Assembly: GCA_963666365.2 (NCBI GenBank)
Contig: CAXXNF010000001.1
Span: forward strand, 1,056,001 to 1,120,000
Source: Syntrophales bacterium
GTDB taxonomy: Bacteria > Desulfobacterota > Syntrophia > Syntrophales > UBA2210
Length of the DNA stretch: 64,000 bases
Reading direction: 5' to 3'
The notes beneath the pieces are model-generated. The model worked only from the letters and a program-made list of their open reading frames with translations. It was not told where the DNA came from and made no database searches. Of this stretch, positions 41,499 through 54,691 are shown in pieces (position 1 is the first letter of the stretch; each line of letters opens with the position of its first letter). Both the position numbers and the translations under genes were made by a program.

Positions 41499-42665
41499 AT
41501 GGACCTGAAAAGGCGACATTTCATTACGGGAATCGCCGCGGCAGCCGGTGTTTCCGCCCTGGACGGCTTTGGACTCCTGAGGGCGTCGGCGGCAGCTCAG
41601 TCCGTCGCTCGCGCAGTGAATGACAATCCAAGCAGAAGACTGGAAGACTACCCTCACATCACTGACACGATTCCATCCAGGGATATGCATCGCTATTTTT
41701 CCCTCATTGTTGACGCCTGTGCTGCGCCCGGAACAGGCTATCTGTCAAAAGTGCCCTTTATTATCGAACTGGAAGTAGCAAAGATCTGGAGCGAGTCGCG
41801 ATTCGAATGGGATGCCCTCTCGGCTGTCGGCGCAGCGGGCCTGCAGCAGTTGATGGCAGAAACGGCTCGTAAGTACGGTCTTACGGTGATTGAAAGTCCT
41901 GAGTTCGTAAGAGTGAACAAGTGGATTTGCAAATACCGGCAGTTGAGATTCAGCACGGGGGCCACGCGCCAGAAACTTTACCGCATGGCAGAGTCGGGAA
42001 CAGGCGCCATTTCGAAACGGCGCATCGGAGCCATGAATACACTGCGCGCAGAACTGCGTGAACTGGACGATCAGCGCGCGGCTGCATATGAGAATCTTGC
42101 TGCCGCACGAAGGGCATACCGGGATAAGATTCGCTGCATGACCCCGGATCAGCGAAAAAAAACAGATGCCAGATTCGCCCCGGAGCTGCACATTCCGGTA
42201 GGGGTGAGGCACCTCGTCAGGGGCATACTTGAATGCAGGGATTTTTTCGGCGGTCCCGTTGAAATGAATGTCTGGAGGGGAATCGCGGCCTACAACTCCG
42301 GACTGGCAAGAGTAAAGACATGGGGGGGCCTGCCTTTTATCGAGGAGACGGTCCACTTTACCCGGAATGTGGTTTCAGACCTTACCAGGACGCTGGAAAT
42401 GAAATATGCCTATGCAAACGGCGATGCCGCGCTGATCGCCGAAACAAGAATGCGCTTGGGGTTGAGGAAACCCTATTTTATGTATGTGGTCAAGGTCGGC
42501 GACACTTTTTTCCGGATCGTTCGTGAGCAGATCATGGAACGTTACGAGCTGACCTTTGCGGACGCGCTGAAGCACATACGGGATGGGCAGGGCAACGAGG
42601 TGAATCCGAAGGATATGTCCACAATCTTTCCGGATCAGCAATTCAGAATATACGTCCCCGAGTAA
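41499..42665 (+). CDS. Tat-exported SLT-family lytic transglycosylase-like protein with C-terminal LysM-like domain
   Basis: KRRHFI Tat motif, SESRF, GAAGLQQLM, AAYNSG, ET, YVVKVGDT...IFPDQ. Confidence 0.75.
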   Translation: MDLKRRHFITGIAAAAGVSALDGFGLLRASAAAQSVARAVNDNPSRRLEDYPHITDTIPSRDMHRYFSLIVDACAAPGTGYLSKVPFIIELEVAKIWSESRFEWDALSAVGAAGLQQLMAETARKYGLTVIESPEFVRVNKWICKYRQLRFSTGATRQKLYRMAESGTGAISKRRIGAMNTLRAELRELDDQRAAAYENLAAARRAYRDKIRCMTPDQRKKTDARFAPELHIPVGVRHLVRGILECRDFFGGPVEMNVWRGIAAYNSGLARVKTWGGLPFIEETVHFTRNVVSDLTRTLEMKYAYANGDAALIAETRMRLGLRKPYFMYVVKVGDTFFRIVREQIMERYELTFADALKHIRDGQGNEVNPKDMSTIFPDQQFRIYVPE

Positions 42666-42735
42666 TTACGGAGAGTATCTATGGCATGGCCGAAACGTCC
42701 GGACTGGGGGATAATGTGAAAGGGGGGTATTTATC

Positions 42736-44103
42736 ATGAAACATAAGATCTCAGGACTTATTCTGGCCCTTCTCTTTTTCACTGCCACATTCTGCAATTC
42801 ACAGGCAGCGCTTTCAAAGACCGACAGTGCGGTATCAAAAAAGCTTGATCTCTACATGACGGCCCTTGCCGATGCCGGGAGGTTTGATGGGGCCGTGCTG
42901 GTGGCCAGGAACGATGCGGTTCTCCTCTCTAAGGGGTACGGAACTGCACAATACGAATTCTCCGTCCCCGTTACGCCGGAAACTCTTTTTCCCATCGGTT
43001 CAAACACCAAGCAGTTTACCGCGGCCGCCATCATGAAACTTCAGGAGCAGGACAGGCTGAATATCAACGACGCGGTTACGAAATATATCCCCGATACCCC
43101 GCGATGGAAAGATATACGCATTTACCACCTGCTGAACCACACGTCGGGCATACCCTCCGAAGGAGCGTACGTAACCACCGATCCTGTCGATTTCACCCTT
43201 CCTGAACTGGTGAAACGCATCACCGCGCTTCCGCTCAGCTTTGAGCCGGGGACAGGCAAGACCTATTCAAATAACGGCTACATCACCTTGAGCTACATCA
43301 TCGAGAAAGCATCGGGCCTGTCCTATGAGGAATACCTCCGGCAGAACATCTTCCTTTCGCTCGGGATGACCGCCACCGGGCAGGATAACCGCCGAGATGT
43401 GTTTGCCAACCGGGCATCGGGATATACCACGATGGCGGGAAAGCACATCCACTATGAGCCCCAGAACACCCATAACCGGTACGGCGCGGGGGCCCTTCAC
43501 TCCACAACAGAGGATGTCTTTCGATGGATGCGGGCATTCCATGCACCGAGCACGATCCTCTCTCAACAGTCTTCGGACAGGATGGTTCAAAACGATTATG
43601 GCATCGTAAAAGCCCAGATTAATGGTCGCACCGTTATCGGCCATGGCGGGCGGGCAGTCGGATTCATTTCGTACACCATCTATTACCCCGAAGAGGGTGT
43701 GACCATAATATTCCTGTCAAACCACGACAGGACCCCGATGGTAACTCTTCCGAAAGACCTTGCGGCCATAGTCTTTAATGAATCCTATGAACTGCCGAAG
43801 AGGATCGAACGCAAAGCCATGCCGCTTACCCCGGAGGCGCTAAAGGAATATACCGGCGTTTATATGGCTGAGTGGGAAAAGAGCTGGACCTTCACGGTAT
43901 TTCACAAGGGAAGCCGATCGTTTTACACCTCTACGTTTCCTCGTGAGACAGTAGAACTCTTCTTTGAGGGCAATGACACCTTCTTCGTGACACCCGAGTC
44001 GGCGGACTCCTTTATTTTCACCCGCGATAATAACGGGAAGATCGACGGGCTGAAAATGTATACGCTGGAAGGGATGTATGATAAGGCTGTCAGAGTGCCG
44101 TAA
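42736..44103 (+). CDS. Exported serine hydrolase (beta-lactamase class C-like) with C-terminal DUF3471-like domain
   Basis: SNTK, LLNHTSG, YSN, HGG. Confidence 0.9.
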   Translation: MKHKISGLILALLFFTATFCNSQAALSKTDSAVSKKLDLYMTALADAGRFDGAVLVARNDAVLLSKGYGTAQYEFSVPVTPETLFPIGSNTKQFTAAAIMKLQEQDRLNINDAVTKYIPDTPRWKDIRIYHLLNHTSGIPSEGAYVTTDPVDFTLPELVKRITALPLSFEPGTGKTYSNNGYITLSYIIEKASGLSYEEYLRQNIFLSLGMTATGQDNRRDVFANRASGYTTMAGKHIHYEPQNTHNRYGAGALHSTTEDVFRWMRAFHAPSTILSQQSSDRMVQNDYGIVKAQINGRTVIGHGGRAVGFISYTIYYPEEGVTIIFLSNHDRTPMVTLPKDLAAIVFNESYELPKRIERKAMPLTPEALKEYTGVYMAEWEKSWTFTVFHKGSRSFYTSTFPRETVELFFEGNDTFFVTPESADSFIFTRDNNGKIDGLKMYTLEGMYDKAVRVP

Positions 44104-44115
44104 TGAGCATTCCCG

Positions 44116-44188
44116 GGGACAGTATACTTAATTCAATATGTGCATCCTTTGTGAATATCCAATGATGTAAAATTAAGTATACTATCCC
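44116..44188. repeat. 18-bp inverted repeat flanking a 37-bp spacer (REP/MITE-like)
   Basis: GGGACAGTATACTTAATT ... AATTAAGTATACTATCCC, one mismatch. Confidence 0.7.
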
Positions 44189-44233
44189 TATGTTTATCGG
44201 AGCGATGGCGGCAGCAGGAAAAAAATAGCCTGA

Positions 44234-44824
44234 TTATTTAAGAAGCAGCGAAGGAGGCAGCTCTTGTACAAACTCGACGGCGAAATGTTGGGGCCCGGAA
44301 CTTCCCTTTGTGTGCCAAAGGCGAATCACTCGGGAACTTCTGAATACTATTGCATCTCCTCGTTCAACCGTCAGAATTATTATATCTTCAGGGCCGAGTA
44401 TGGGCATGCTGCAGGGCTTTCTGACCAGTTGGGCGCCGCCTCGGGAAATGTTTACCACTTCCAGCGTTTCACCGGCTAATCGAACTTGCAAGTCTTGGCA
44501 CGGCTTAATCCGCTGGTATTTCCGAAGATCGCAGGGAGCGCTTTCCGTTATTCTGCGTACCAGTATAGCCGGGAATCCTCTGCCCCGTGTGATGTACCCT
44601 TCGCGCAATTCGTCGATTTCAGCCCAAAAACCGTATCGTGAAAAGTCCCTTCCGGCATCAAAAAATGTTATGAGGATACGCTTGTGCACATAACGTCCAT
44701 CCAGAGGGGGGCGTGTCTGCAGAAGCACCAGCCGATCATCATTTACATCCTGCAGAAAAGACCGGCCTATCCTACCGGCATCGAGCACCACTTCAACTGA
44801 AAGACCCGGTTTCACTGCGTCCAT
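44234..44824 (-). CDS. PilZ domain protein with N-terminal beta-barrel (YcgR-like layout)
   Basis: RKYQR (RxxxR) and NISRGG ([DN]xSxxG) motifs, C-terminal AVEF. Confidence 0.8.
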   Translation of the reverse strand: MDAVKPGLSVEVVLDAGRIGRSFLQDVNDDRLVLLQTRPPLDGRYVHKRILITFFDAGRDFSRYGFWAEIDELREGYITRGRGFPAILVRRITESAPCDLRKYQRIKPCQDLQVRLAGETLEVVNISRGGAQLVRKPCSMPILGPEDIIILTVERGDAIVFRSSRVIRLWHTKGSSGPQHFAVEFVQELPPSLLLK

Positions 44825-44827
44825 TGT

Positions 44828-46531
44828 TTATGATTCCTTATGCAAATGTGACGTAGAACCGTCCTTGTTGAGGTAGGTGAGGATCGCCTGCCGCACTGTC
44901 GGTGGAATCTTGATGCCCATGGCCCTGATCCGGGTTTCATATTTTTCGAATGAACGGGTGTGTCGGGAGGTATTGGCAAAAATCTTCAGATAGGATTGTA
45001 CGCTGCCCTCAAGTTCTGAGCGGAACTCCATATCCTTGTTGAGCATATCCTCCACGGGAGCAATGACCCGGTAGTTGATGGGGCGGCAGATCGAACGGTA
45101 GGCCACGAATCGCTGTGTGTCCTGGCATTCGTAATTTTTTTCCCGGATCGACTTTTCCACTACCCCCAGATCGATGCAGTCGAGTATTTGAAAGGCAAAA
45201 TCCGGTCTCAGAATCTCTTCCAAAATCGCCTCCGCCTTTTTATACTGCCGGCATGTGGTCAATTCTGCATCACCTTCGGTACTGCGTATATAGAGCGCAA
45301 AATCGATGTCGGAACCGGTCTCACAGACACCCATGTTGGTCGAGCCGAGGATATCCATGGCAATATCGTCCTGAACTTTTTCCTCCACGAGCCGTGCAAC
45401 CTGTTCCATCCTGTCTAGACGCTCGTCCGCCTCTTCAGTCTGAAACATCCGATAAAACTGTTTGATCTCGTTGTAAAGCTGAATTTCCGGGATATGAGAA
45501 TACTTCTTGATTTTCATATCGAAGTTCTCCCCGGCCTTCAGAGCCCTGTAGCGGTTTTCGTCTACAATCTCCTCGACCCATTGTCCTTCTCTTGGAAAAT
45601 AGTCGGCAATATCGTATATTCGATTTTCAACCAGCTTTTTAAAAATGATTTTCCTGATTTCACCGTTTTCGATCTCAAGAGAATAAAAAAATCCCCCTTC
45701 AGAAACACCGCCGGTCATAAGCGTTACTTCGCCGAAATTGGAAGGATTCAGATAGAGGGTATCTTCACGAATATCGAACCCCCAGTCGGCATGAATGTGT
45801 CCGGTGAGGCAGGCCTTGATGGGATGGGTATCGCAAAAGGTCCGCAGCGCCGGCGAACCGGACGTACCGAACTGCAACACCCGATCATGAATCCCGTGGG
45901 CCGGTTGATGGGTGACAATGATGTCGGGATTGACGGCCTTGAAGAAAGTGATCATTTCGCTTTGAGATCCGTCGGCGCCCCGGTCGTCCTGATAGCGCAC
46001 TATGTATCGCTCCGGAATGCCCGGGGTCCATATGTCCGCACCGCCATACCCGGCTATCCTTATTCCCTGAAAGTCGTGCCAGTGAAGATGTAGATCCCGC
46101 TCGTGAAGCGAGGTGTATTTCAGATCCATGTCATAATTGCCGGGCAGTGAAAACACGGAAGCCGTCTGCTTTGTGGCGAAAATATTTTCCAGCACCTTGT
46201 ATTTCTGCTGAAGAACCCGCCGGGCGCGGATGGTGTACTGCTGGTATTTGGTGCCTTTTTCTTCTATCTCGGATGACATGTCGGGACTTTCGAGAAGCTC
46301 GTCCACAAAATCCTCGATCAGCATGTGTTCTTTATTCATCTGGCGGCGCAATCCGTAAAAATATGACTGCAGGTCATGGTAGTTGATTGCCGTGTTCATC
46401 GTGTAAAAGGGTATATCAATGAGATCGCCCGTGATAATATACAGGTCTGCCACTGTTTCAGATAAAAGCGTTTTAATTCTTTCAAAGGCGCCGTGGATAT
46501 CTGCCGCGTAAATCATTCTCATACCTGTCAA
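44828..46531 (-). CDS. Calcineurin-like metallophosphoesterase fused to a Pol-beta-type nucleotidyltransferase domain
   Basis: N-terminal DIH, GDLID, GNYD, THQP, GHIH. C-terminal ILGSTNMGVCETGSDIDF matches hGS-x10-DhD. Confidence 0.8.
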   Translation of the reverse strand: MTGMRMIYAADIHGAFERIKTLLSETVADLYIITGDLIDIPFYTMNTAINYHDLQSYFYGLRRQMNKEHMLIEDFVDELLESPDMSSEIEEKGTKYQQYTIRARRVLQQKYKVLENIFATKQTASVFSLPGNYDMDLKYTSLHERDLHLHWHDFQGIRIAGYGGADIWTPGIPERYIVRYQDDRGADGSQSEMITFFKAVNPDIIVTHQPAHGIHDRVLQFGTSGSPALRTFCDTHPIKACLTGHIHADWGFDIREDTLYLNPSNFGEVTLMTGGVSEGGFFYSLEIENGEIRKIIFKKLVENRIYDIADYFPREGQWVEEIVDENRYRALKAGENFDMKIKKYSHIPEIQLYNEIKQFYRMFQTEEADERLDRMEQVARLVEEKVQDDIAMDILGSTNMGVCETGSDIDFALYIRSTEGDAELTTCRQYKKAEAILEEILRPDFAFQILDCIDLGVVEKSIREKNYECQDTQRFVAYRSICRPINYRVIAPVEDMLNKDMEFRSELEGSVQSYLKIFANTSRHTRSFEKYETRIRAMGIKIPPTVRQAILTYLNKDGSTSHLHKES

Positions 46532-46607
46532 TCTCCGTCATTCCTCACCACACTGTTGAACACGTTCATTCCCTGTAGGCGCCTTTACCGAAGAGGTTCC
46601 GCTGTCA

Positions 46608-47408
46608 TTACCCCGGCTCGTTGAACATGGCCGTTCTTCCGCCGTCCACCACAATATCCTGGCAATTGACAAAACTTCCCTCGTCGCTTGCAAGATAGAG
46701 CGCCGCATAGGCGATGTCTTCCGCAAAACCCGCCCGCGGAAGCGGCGTCGCTCTGGCCAGGCTTTTTTTCAGTTTTTCCATCTTCCGTTCGTTCTCTTCC
46801 TGGGAAAGCTCGTTGGCCCTTTCTGAACCGCCCCAGAAGATGGGAGTCGCAATGGCACCCGGCGAAATTGAGTTTACGCGGATACCGAATTGACCAAGTT
46901 CCGCGCCGCACAAGCGGCTCAGGTGGGTGACCGCGGCCTTCGCCACCGAATAAAGATAGGCTCCCTGCTTAATGCGAATCGCCGCAATGCTGGAGGTGTT
47001 GATGATGCTGCCTCCTCCCTGCTTCTTCATTACCGGCACCGCGTACTTTATTCCGAATATGCAGCTTCCCAGAAGAAGGTTCATTCCATGCTCAAAATCC
47101 TCTTGCGTCACCGTCTCAATTGTTCCGCCTGTGCGCCCTCCGGCGTTATTGAAGAGACAGTCCAACCGTCCGAAGCGATCAACCGCCTGTTGGATAATAT
47201 CGCGTATGTCGCCTTCACGGGTCACATCGGCGCGGCAGTACGCCGCCGACTCACCCAGCCTGTCGGCAATTGCGCGCCCTTTCTCTTCCGATCTTCCCGC
47301 AATGATCACACGGGCACCTTCCCGCACGAACAGTTCCGCCGCGGCTTCACCTATTCCACTGGTTCCGCCCGTTATAACAGCTGTTTTTCCTTCCAGTCTA
47401 CCGCTCAT
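46608..47408 (-). CDS. Short-chain dehydrogenase/reductase
   Basis: TGGTSGIG, NNAG, YSVAK. Start is MSGRLEGK at 47408. Confidence 0.92.
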   Translation of the reverse strand: MSGRLEGKTAVITGGTSGIGEAAAELFVREGARVIIAGRSEEKGRAIADRLGESAAYCRADVTREGDIRDIIQQAVDRFGRLDCLFNNAGGRTGGTIETVTQEDFEHGMNLLLGSCIFGIKYAVPVMKKQGGGSIINTSSIAAIRIKQGAYLYSVAKAAVTHLSRLCGAELGQFGIRVNSISPGAIATPIFWGGSERANELSQEENERKMEKLKKSLARATPLPRAGFAEDIAYAALYLASDEGSFVNCQDIVVDGGRTAMFNEPG

Positions 47409-47705
47409 ACCTGCCCTCCTCACACGACGATAGTATGCCACAAAATGCGTACGGTCTTTTTTATAGTATGTTGAGTGTAACAGGTCAATCAAAATGGCGT
47501 GCCTCGTACACATGAATCTATGAATGAGAGAAGACAACTTCTCCCAGAGAAAAGGAGATAACAGTTATTGACAAGAGGGTTCCCGGTTTCGTATAAATTA
47601 GAACCATCCCTTAATATCGGCATTTTCTTTCCGTGGGTGCCTCAGTGATCAATTCGCACATAGCATGGGAAACGTAAGAAATCAGCCGATCAAGGAGTCA
47701 CAGAA

Positions 47706-48446
47706 GTGTTTGACCGCATAATCTCAATCATCTTTCTCTGTTTTATCGGCATCTCTTGCATGATCATGTTCGCAGGAGCTCTGATCGTATGGATGTGCAC
47801 GGTTCTTTTTGACAAAAGGCTCGTCATCCTGCACTATTTTACCTCCTTCTGGGGATCGATATACCTCTGGGCCATGCCTGCCTGGTCGGTATCCGTAGAA
47901 GGGAAGGAACGCATCGGAAAGAAAACCTATGTCGTTGTCTCGAATCATCAATCACTGCTCGATATACTCGTCGCCTTTCGCATTTTTTTCCCCTTCAAGT
48001 GGGTATCCAAGGCGGAAATATTTAAGATACCCCTTGTCGGATGGAACATGACCTTAAATCGCTACATCAAACTTGTGCGGGGAGACAGCAAAAGTATACG
48101 CAGTATGCTTGAGGACTGCAACAAAGCCCTCGCCGGGGAAAGCTCGGTATACATGTTCCCCGAGGGGACCAGGTCGGCCACAGGAATCGTAAAACCCTTC
48201 AAGCCGGGGGCCTTTGTCCTGGCTCATGACAACAAACTTCCCATTTTGCCCATTGCCATCGACGGCACCAAAGACGCCCTTCCTAAATACAGTCTGAATT
48301 TTCACGGTATCCACAGAATTAGAGTAAAGATCCTCGAAGAAATCCCTTATACATCATTCGAAAAGATGACTGTCGATGAAACGGCCGCCATGGTGCGCGC
48401 GCGCATAGTGGATGCGATAAAACTCTTAAGAAAGACATCTCGGTAA
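47706..48446 (+). CDS. plsC: 1-acyl-sn-glycerol-3-phosphate acyltransferase
   Basis: NHQSLLD and FPEGTRS motifs. Confidence 0.88.
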   Translation: MFDRIISIIFLCFIGISCMIMFAGALIVWMCTVLFDKRLVILHYFTSFWGSIYLWAMPAWSVSVEGKERIGKKTYVVVSNHQSLLDILVAFRIFFPFKWVSKAEIFKIPLVGWNMTLNRYIKLVRGDSKSIRSMLEDCNKALAGESSVYMFPEGTRSATGIVKPFKPGAFVLAHDNKLPILPIAIDGTKDALPKYSLNFHGIHRIRVKILEEIPYTSFEKMTVDETAAMVRARIVDAIKLLRKTSR

Positions 48447-48499
48447 AAACCAAATTTCCCTTGTGCCTTCCGGTCTTCAGCCTGTGCACGCCTGATGAG

Positions 48500-49213
48500 T
48501 CATTCCTTCTCTTCCGGAAACGTTAACTGTCCCCCATACCGACCGATCACTGCAACCAGCGGCAAACAGATAAGAAAAAGGATGACATGCGCCATGCCGG
48601 CAGCCCCTGTGGCAGTCGTGACGGCGGGATCATAAAGACGCCAGAGAAAGATCGTCGCAGAAAGGACCATAAGCACAGCGGAAAGCCAAATTTTCATTTT
48701 TATCGGTTTCATCGGACGGGCCTGGTAATTGAGCCGCCAGGACAGAAATCCCGTGATAATGGCGGGAACGGCAAAGAGAATGCCGGCGCCGAGACAATGG
48801 AGGGATGTTGGTTCAAAAAAATTAAGCCCCTCTATGAGGGAGAGCAGTTTGAAAATCACCGCCATCATGATGAGCGCAATGGGAAAATGAACCATCATCG
48901 GATGAGGATGGCGGCGCAACGAAGGGAAGCGCACCAGAAGCAGGCTGAAGAAAAGAGGCATCGATCCGGCATCGGCGTTTTCTTTTTTGAAAATACCCAC
49001 CTGGGGATAGCGTATCAGCACATCTTTCTCATGAGGGGCCGCCTGAATATCGGCAGTAAGGTCTTTCCCCGCAGCATGGCGATTCATATGAAGGCCATCC
49101 TTCCACAAACGGCTTTTGCTTACGTCATATACTTTGCCCCGGCAGGCGACGAGCGCCGGCCGGCCTTCCTTGCCGTTCGCGGCCTTCAAAGTCTCCTCAT
49201 CATACACTTTCAC
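48500..49213 (-). CDS. Cytochrome b5-like heme/steroid-binding domain fused to a DUF2231-like membrane domain
   Basis: GKVYDVS, W..G.H..RH.AG.DLT, APH, then HPMMVHFPIAL and four TM helices. Confidence 0.85.
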   Translation of the reverse strand: MKVYDEETLKAANGKEGRPALVACRGKVYDVSKSRLWKDGLHMNRHAAGKDLTADIQAAPHEKDVLIRYPQVGIFKKENADAGSMPLFFSLLLVRFPSLRRHPHPMMVHFPIALIMMAVIFKLLSLIEGLNFFEPTSLHCLGAGILFAVPAIITGFLSWRLNYQARPMKPIKMKIWLSAVLMVLSATIFLWRLYDPAVTTATGAAGMAHVILFLICLPLVAVIGRYGGQLTFPEEKE

Positions 49214-49277
49214 TATAGGCCCTCCTTAAAAATCCTGCCTTTCTCACCGGTCCTGTCGTTCAGGATCGATAGTGCGC

Positions 49278-51002
49278 CTATCGTTTCCTATATTCCGTGG
49301 GTCCTTTATGCCAGCCGGCAGCTTCGCGCCACCACCGGGGATACCCGACTCGCGCGGCAACCCGGTTCTGATTGATAAACCCGTCGGAATACTTCACAAT
49401 GAGCCCTTCCGAAAATTTCCACCAATCCGCTACCACTGCCGCCGCATTGGCACGACAAAATTCTGTCAGAAGCGCCCCGGCGCCATCGGGATTTTCCTTA
49501 TACAAAGCCTCGGCACGGTTATCCATGTCTTTCAGTGCCGCCCATTCTCTGGTTTCCAGTTTATACTGCATCTCATTGATATCCCGTATCATATAGGAAT
49601 ATTTCAATTGAGCCCAGTTGGCGACGAAATTGAAGGCCCACCACGCACTCTCTTTACTGAAGATTCCCACATCGCAGGTTTCGAAGCAGGACGGCATTGC
49701 CGTGATCCCGGCATAAAAAGGAACGAAGCAGGTCTCGGCAGGCTTGTCAAGGCCGATCCACATTATGCCGCCTATGGGGTCGGGATACCAGCTTCGTGCC
49801 TGGCAGACCTGTGTGTACCCGCAATAGGCTACCGACAGGGGTCGTTCCCAGGCACCCTCCCTTTTTTGCGTGGGATCGCCCACATCGCCGGAACTTTCGT
49901 AGGGACCGTAAAATCTGTTGGGAAAACCGAACGGCCCTGCGGCAATCCCCCTGGTCATATCGAATTCGGTCCCCTCGTAATGATCTCGATAGAGATTCAT
50001 GACATCACGGACGGACAGTTTTTTGTCGGGCTTGACGGAAAAGGGATAGACCTTTGTGAAGCCGTCCTCTACCCAGGGGCTGAATTTTTTGGACGGGGCA
50101 ATGAACGACAGCAGCCGCCATACCCTTCGAAGGGAATAGTAGGGATGGTTGTATTCACCCTGCGTGATGGCCTTAAGCCAGTCAAGCGTCCCCTCTGCGG
50201 GGTTCCACCATCCCTTTTCCTGCAGTATGCGGTGCAAATCCTTCGAATACATTATATCCGGATCATCGGGATCGATCTCACGGATACGGAATTCATTGGC
50301 GGCGACAAAGATCTCCCCATCGGGAACCCTTTTTGCCACCCATAACCCTCCGGTCCCTGAGGGAGAAGGGGCCATTTCCATGACCCATGCTTCCTCTGTA
50401 TCGCCCACGGGAAGGGTTTCGCCGGTCCCATAATACCCATAGGTTTCGATAAGCTCTCCCATCAGCGCGATGGCGTCTCGTGCCGTTCTGCACCGCTCCA
50501 GGGCAACGCGCGACAGTTCGGAGCTATAAAAAATCCTCTTGCCCGGTTCCGGACCTATGGTGGTTTTCACCCCGTCGGTACACTCTCCGAACATGAGCTG
50601 ATGTTCGTTCATTATGCCGTAATCACCATCGAAATAGGCGTAGGTATGGGATACCTGTGGAATGCTCCCCAGGGGAATGCTCTGGGGGCGATCGAGATCC
50701 ACATAGGCCGGCCCTCTGTCGGGCCCGGCGTAACGACACCACCAGGAATCGTTATATTTTTCATTTGGCCCCAGTGAACAGGGATCGTAGTAGACGTTGC
50801 GCATGGCGCCTTCCGGGTAATCCCGTGCAGACACGTACACTATTCGCTGATCAGCCATATCGTTATCATCGGAATGGGCAACGATAATAGAGCCATCAGA
50901 GGTGGCGTTTTTCCCTGCAATGATGGTCGTGCAGGACAAAGCCGGAAGTGTCCAGGGAATGGTGATACACCACATAAGCAGGATAATAAGTGCTTTTTTC
51001 AT
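49278..51002 (-). CDS. Exported peptidase C69 (dipeptidase/secernin family, Ntn hydrolase)
   Basis: Signal peptide ending at SCTTIIAGKNAT.DGS, MNEHQL, ALERC.TARDAI. Confidence 0.9.
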   Translation of the reverse strand: MKKALIILLMWCITIPWTLPALSCTTIIAGKNATSDGSIIVAHSDDNDMADQRIVYVSARDYPEGAMRNVYYDPCSLGPNEKYNDSWWCRYAGPDRGPAYVDLDRPQSIPLGSIPQVSHTYAYFDGDYGIMNEHQLMFGECTDGVKTTIGPEPGKRIFYSSELSRVALERCRTARDAIALMGELIETYGYYGTGETLPVGDTEEAWVMEMAPSPSGTGGLWVAKRVPDGEIFVAANEFRIREIDPDDPDIMYSKDLHRILQEKGWWNPAEGTLDWLKAITQGEYNHPYYSLRRVWRLLSFIAPSKKFSPWVEDGFTKVYPFSVKPDKKLSVRDVMNLYRDHYEGTEFDMTRGIAAGPFGFPNRFYGPYESSGDVGDPTQKREGAWERPLSVAYCGYTQVCQARSWYPDPIGGIMWIGLDKPAETCFVPFYAGITAMPSCFETCDVGIFSKESAWWAFNFVANWAQLKYSYMIRDINEMQYKLETREWAALKDMDNRAEALYKENPDGAGALLTEFCRANAAAVVADWWKFSEGLIVKYSDGFINQNRVAARVGYPRWWREAAGWHKGPTEYRKR

Positions 51003-51221
51003 CGTCGATCCTTTCTGTACGCGGCGGGTGCCTCTTTTTCCGCCGGGGCTCAATGACCGGGCACACATGTACCCACAATGATTCGATAAAGGAATATATT
51101 CTGTAACAATTTTTCACTGATTTTAACAGTCTCTTTTATCATTAATAAAAAGGTGATTACATGTTTTGACTTGATAAAATGAGTGTTTGATATATCATAT
51201 CGAGTGCAAAATGGGGGATCC

Positions 51222-54347
<3,126 letters not shown>

Positions 54348-54391
54348 CATCCCGCACAGGCGCATCTTGCATTCCGGCGATATCTGCTTTC

Positions 54392-54511
54392 GACATATCG
54401 TATATACGCGAAATATCGCCGCATACTCTTCGGCTGTTTTTTGCCCGAACTACGCCAACAGTGTAATTATCGGCACTAAATTCCATATCTGTTCCTGGCA
54501 TGAATCATGCG
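54392..54511 (+). promoter_or_regulatory. Sigma-54 promoter module, copy 1 (candidate tandem UAS plus -24/-12)
   Basis: CGACATATCG and CGAAATATCG boxes, and TGGCATGAATCATGC at 54496-54510. Near-duplicate at 57608-57726. Confidence 0.85.
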
Positions 54512-54691
54512 TAAGTAAGAATTTTTGTGAGGGGAGGCGCTCATATTTGAATCAGAAACGCAATAGGAACCATTCCGATCCCGGAGATAAAACGAATCAA
54601 AGAGTTGCAGTTGATACAAATATGTGGAGTCAACACATCAATATATGGACGGGTGTATTCAAAACGACACAATTCAAAAAAGGAGGGTACA

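Noticed and set aside
49272..50345. Long antisense ORFs (also 8663-9547, 9617-10456, 12301-13191, 17135-17953, 25983-26924, 62541-63152)
   Set aside because: They mirror well-supported genes on the opposite strand and carry no recognisable motifs, as expected for shadow ORFs.
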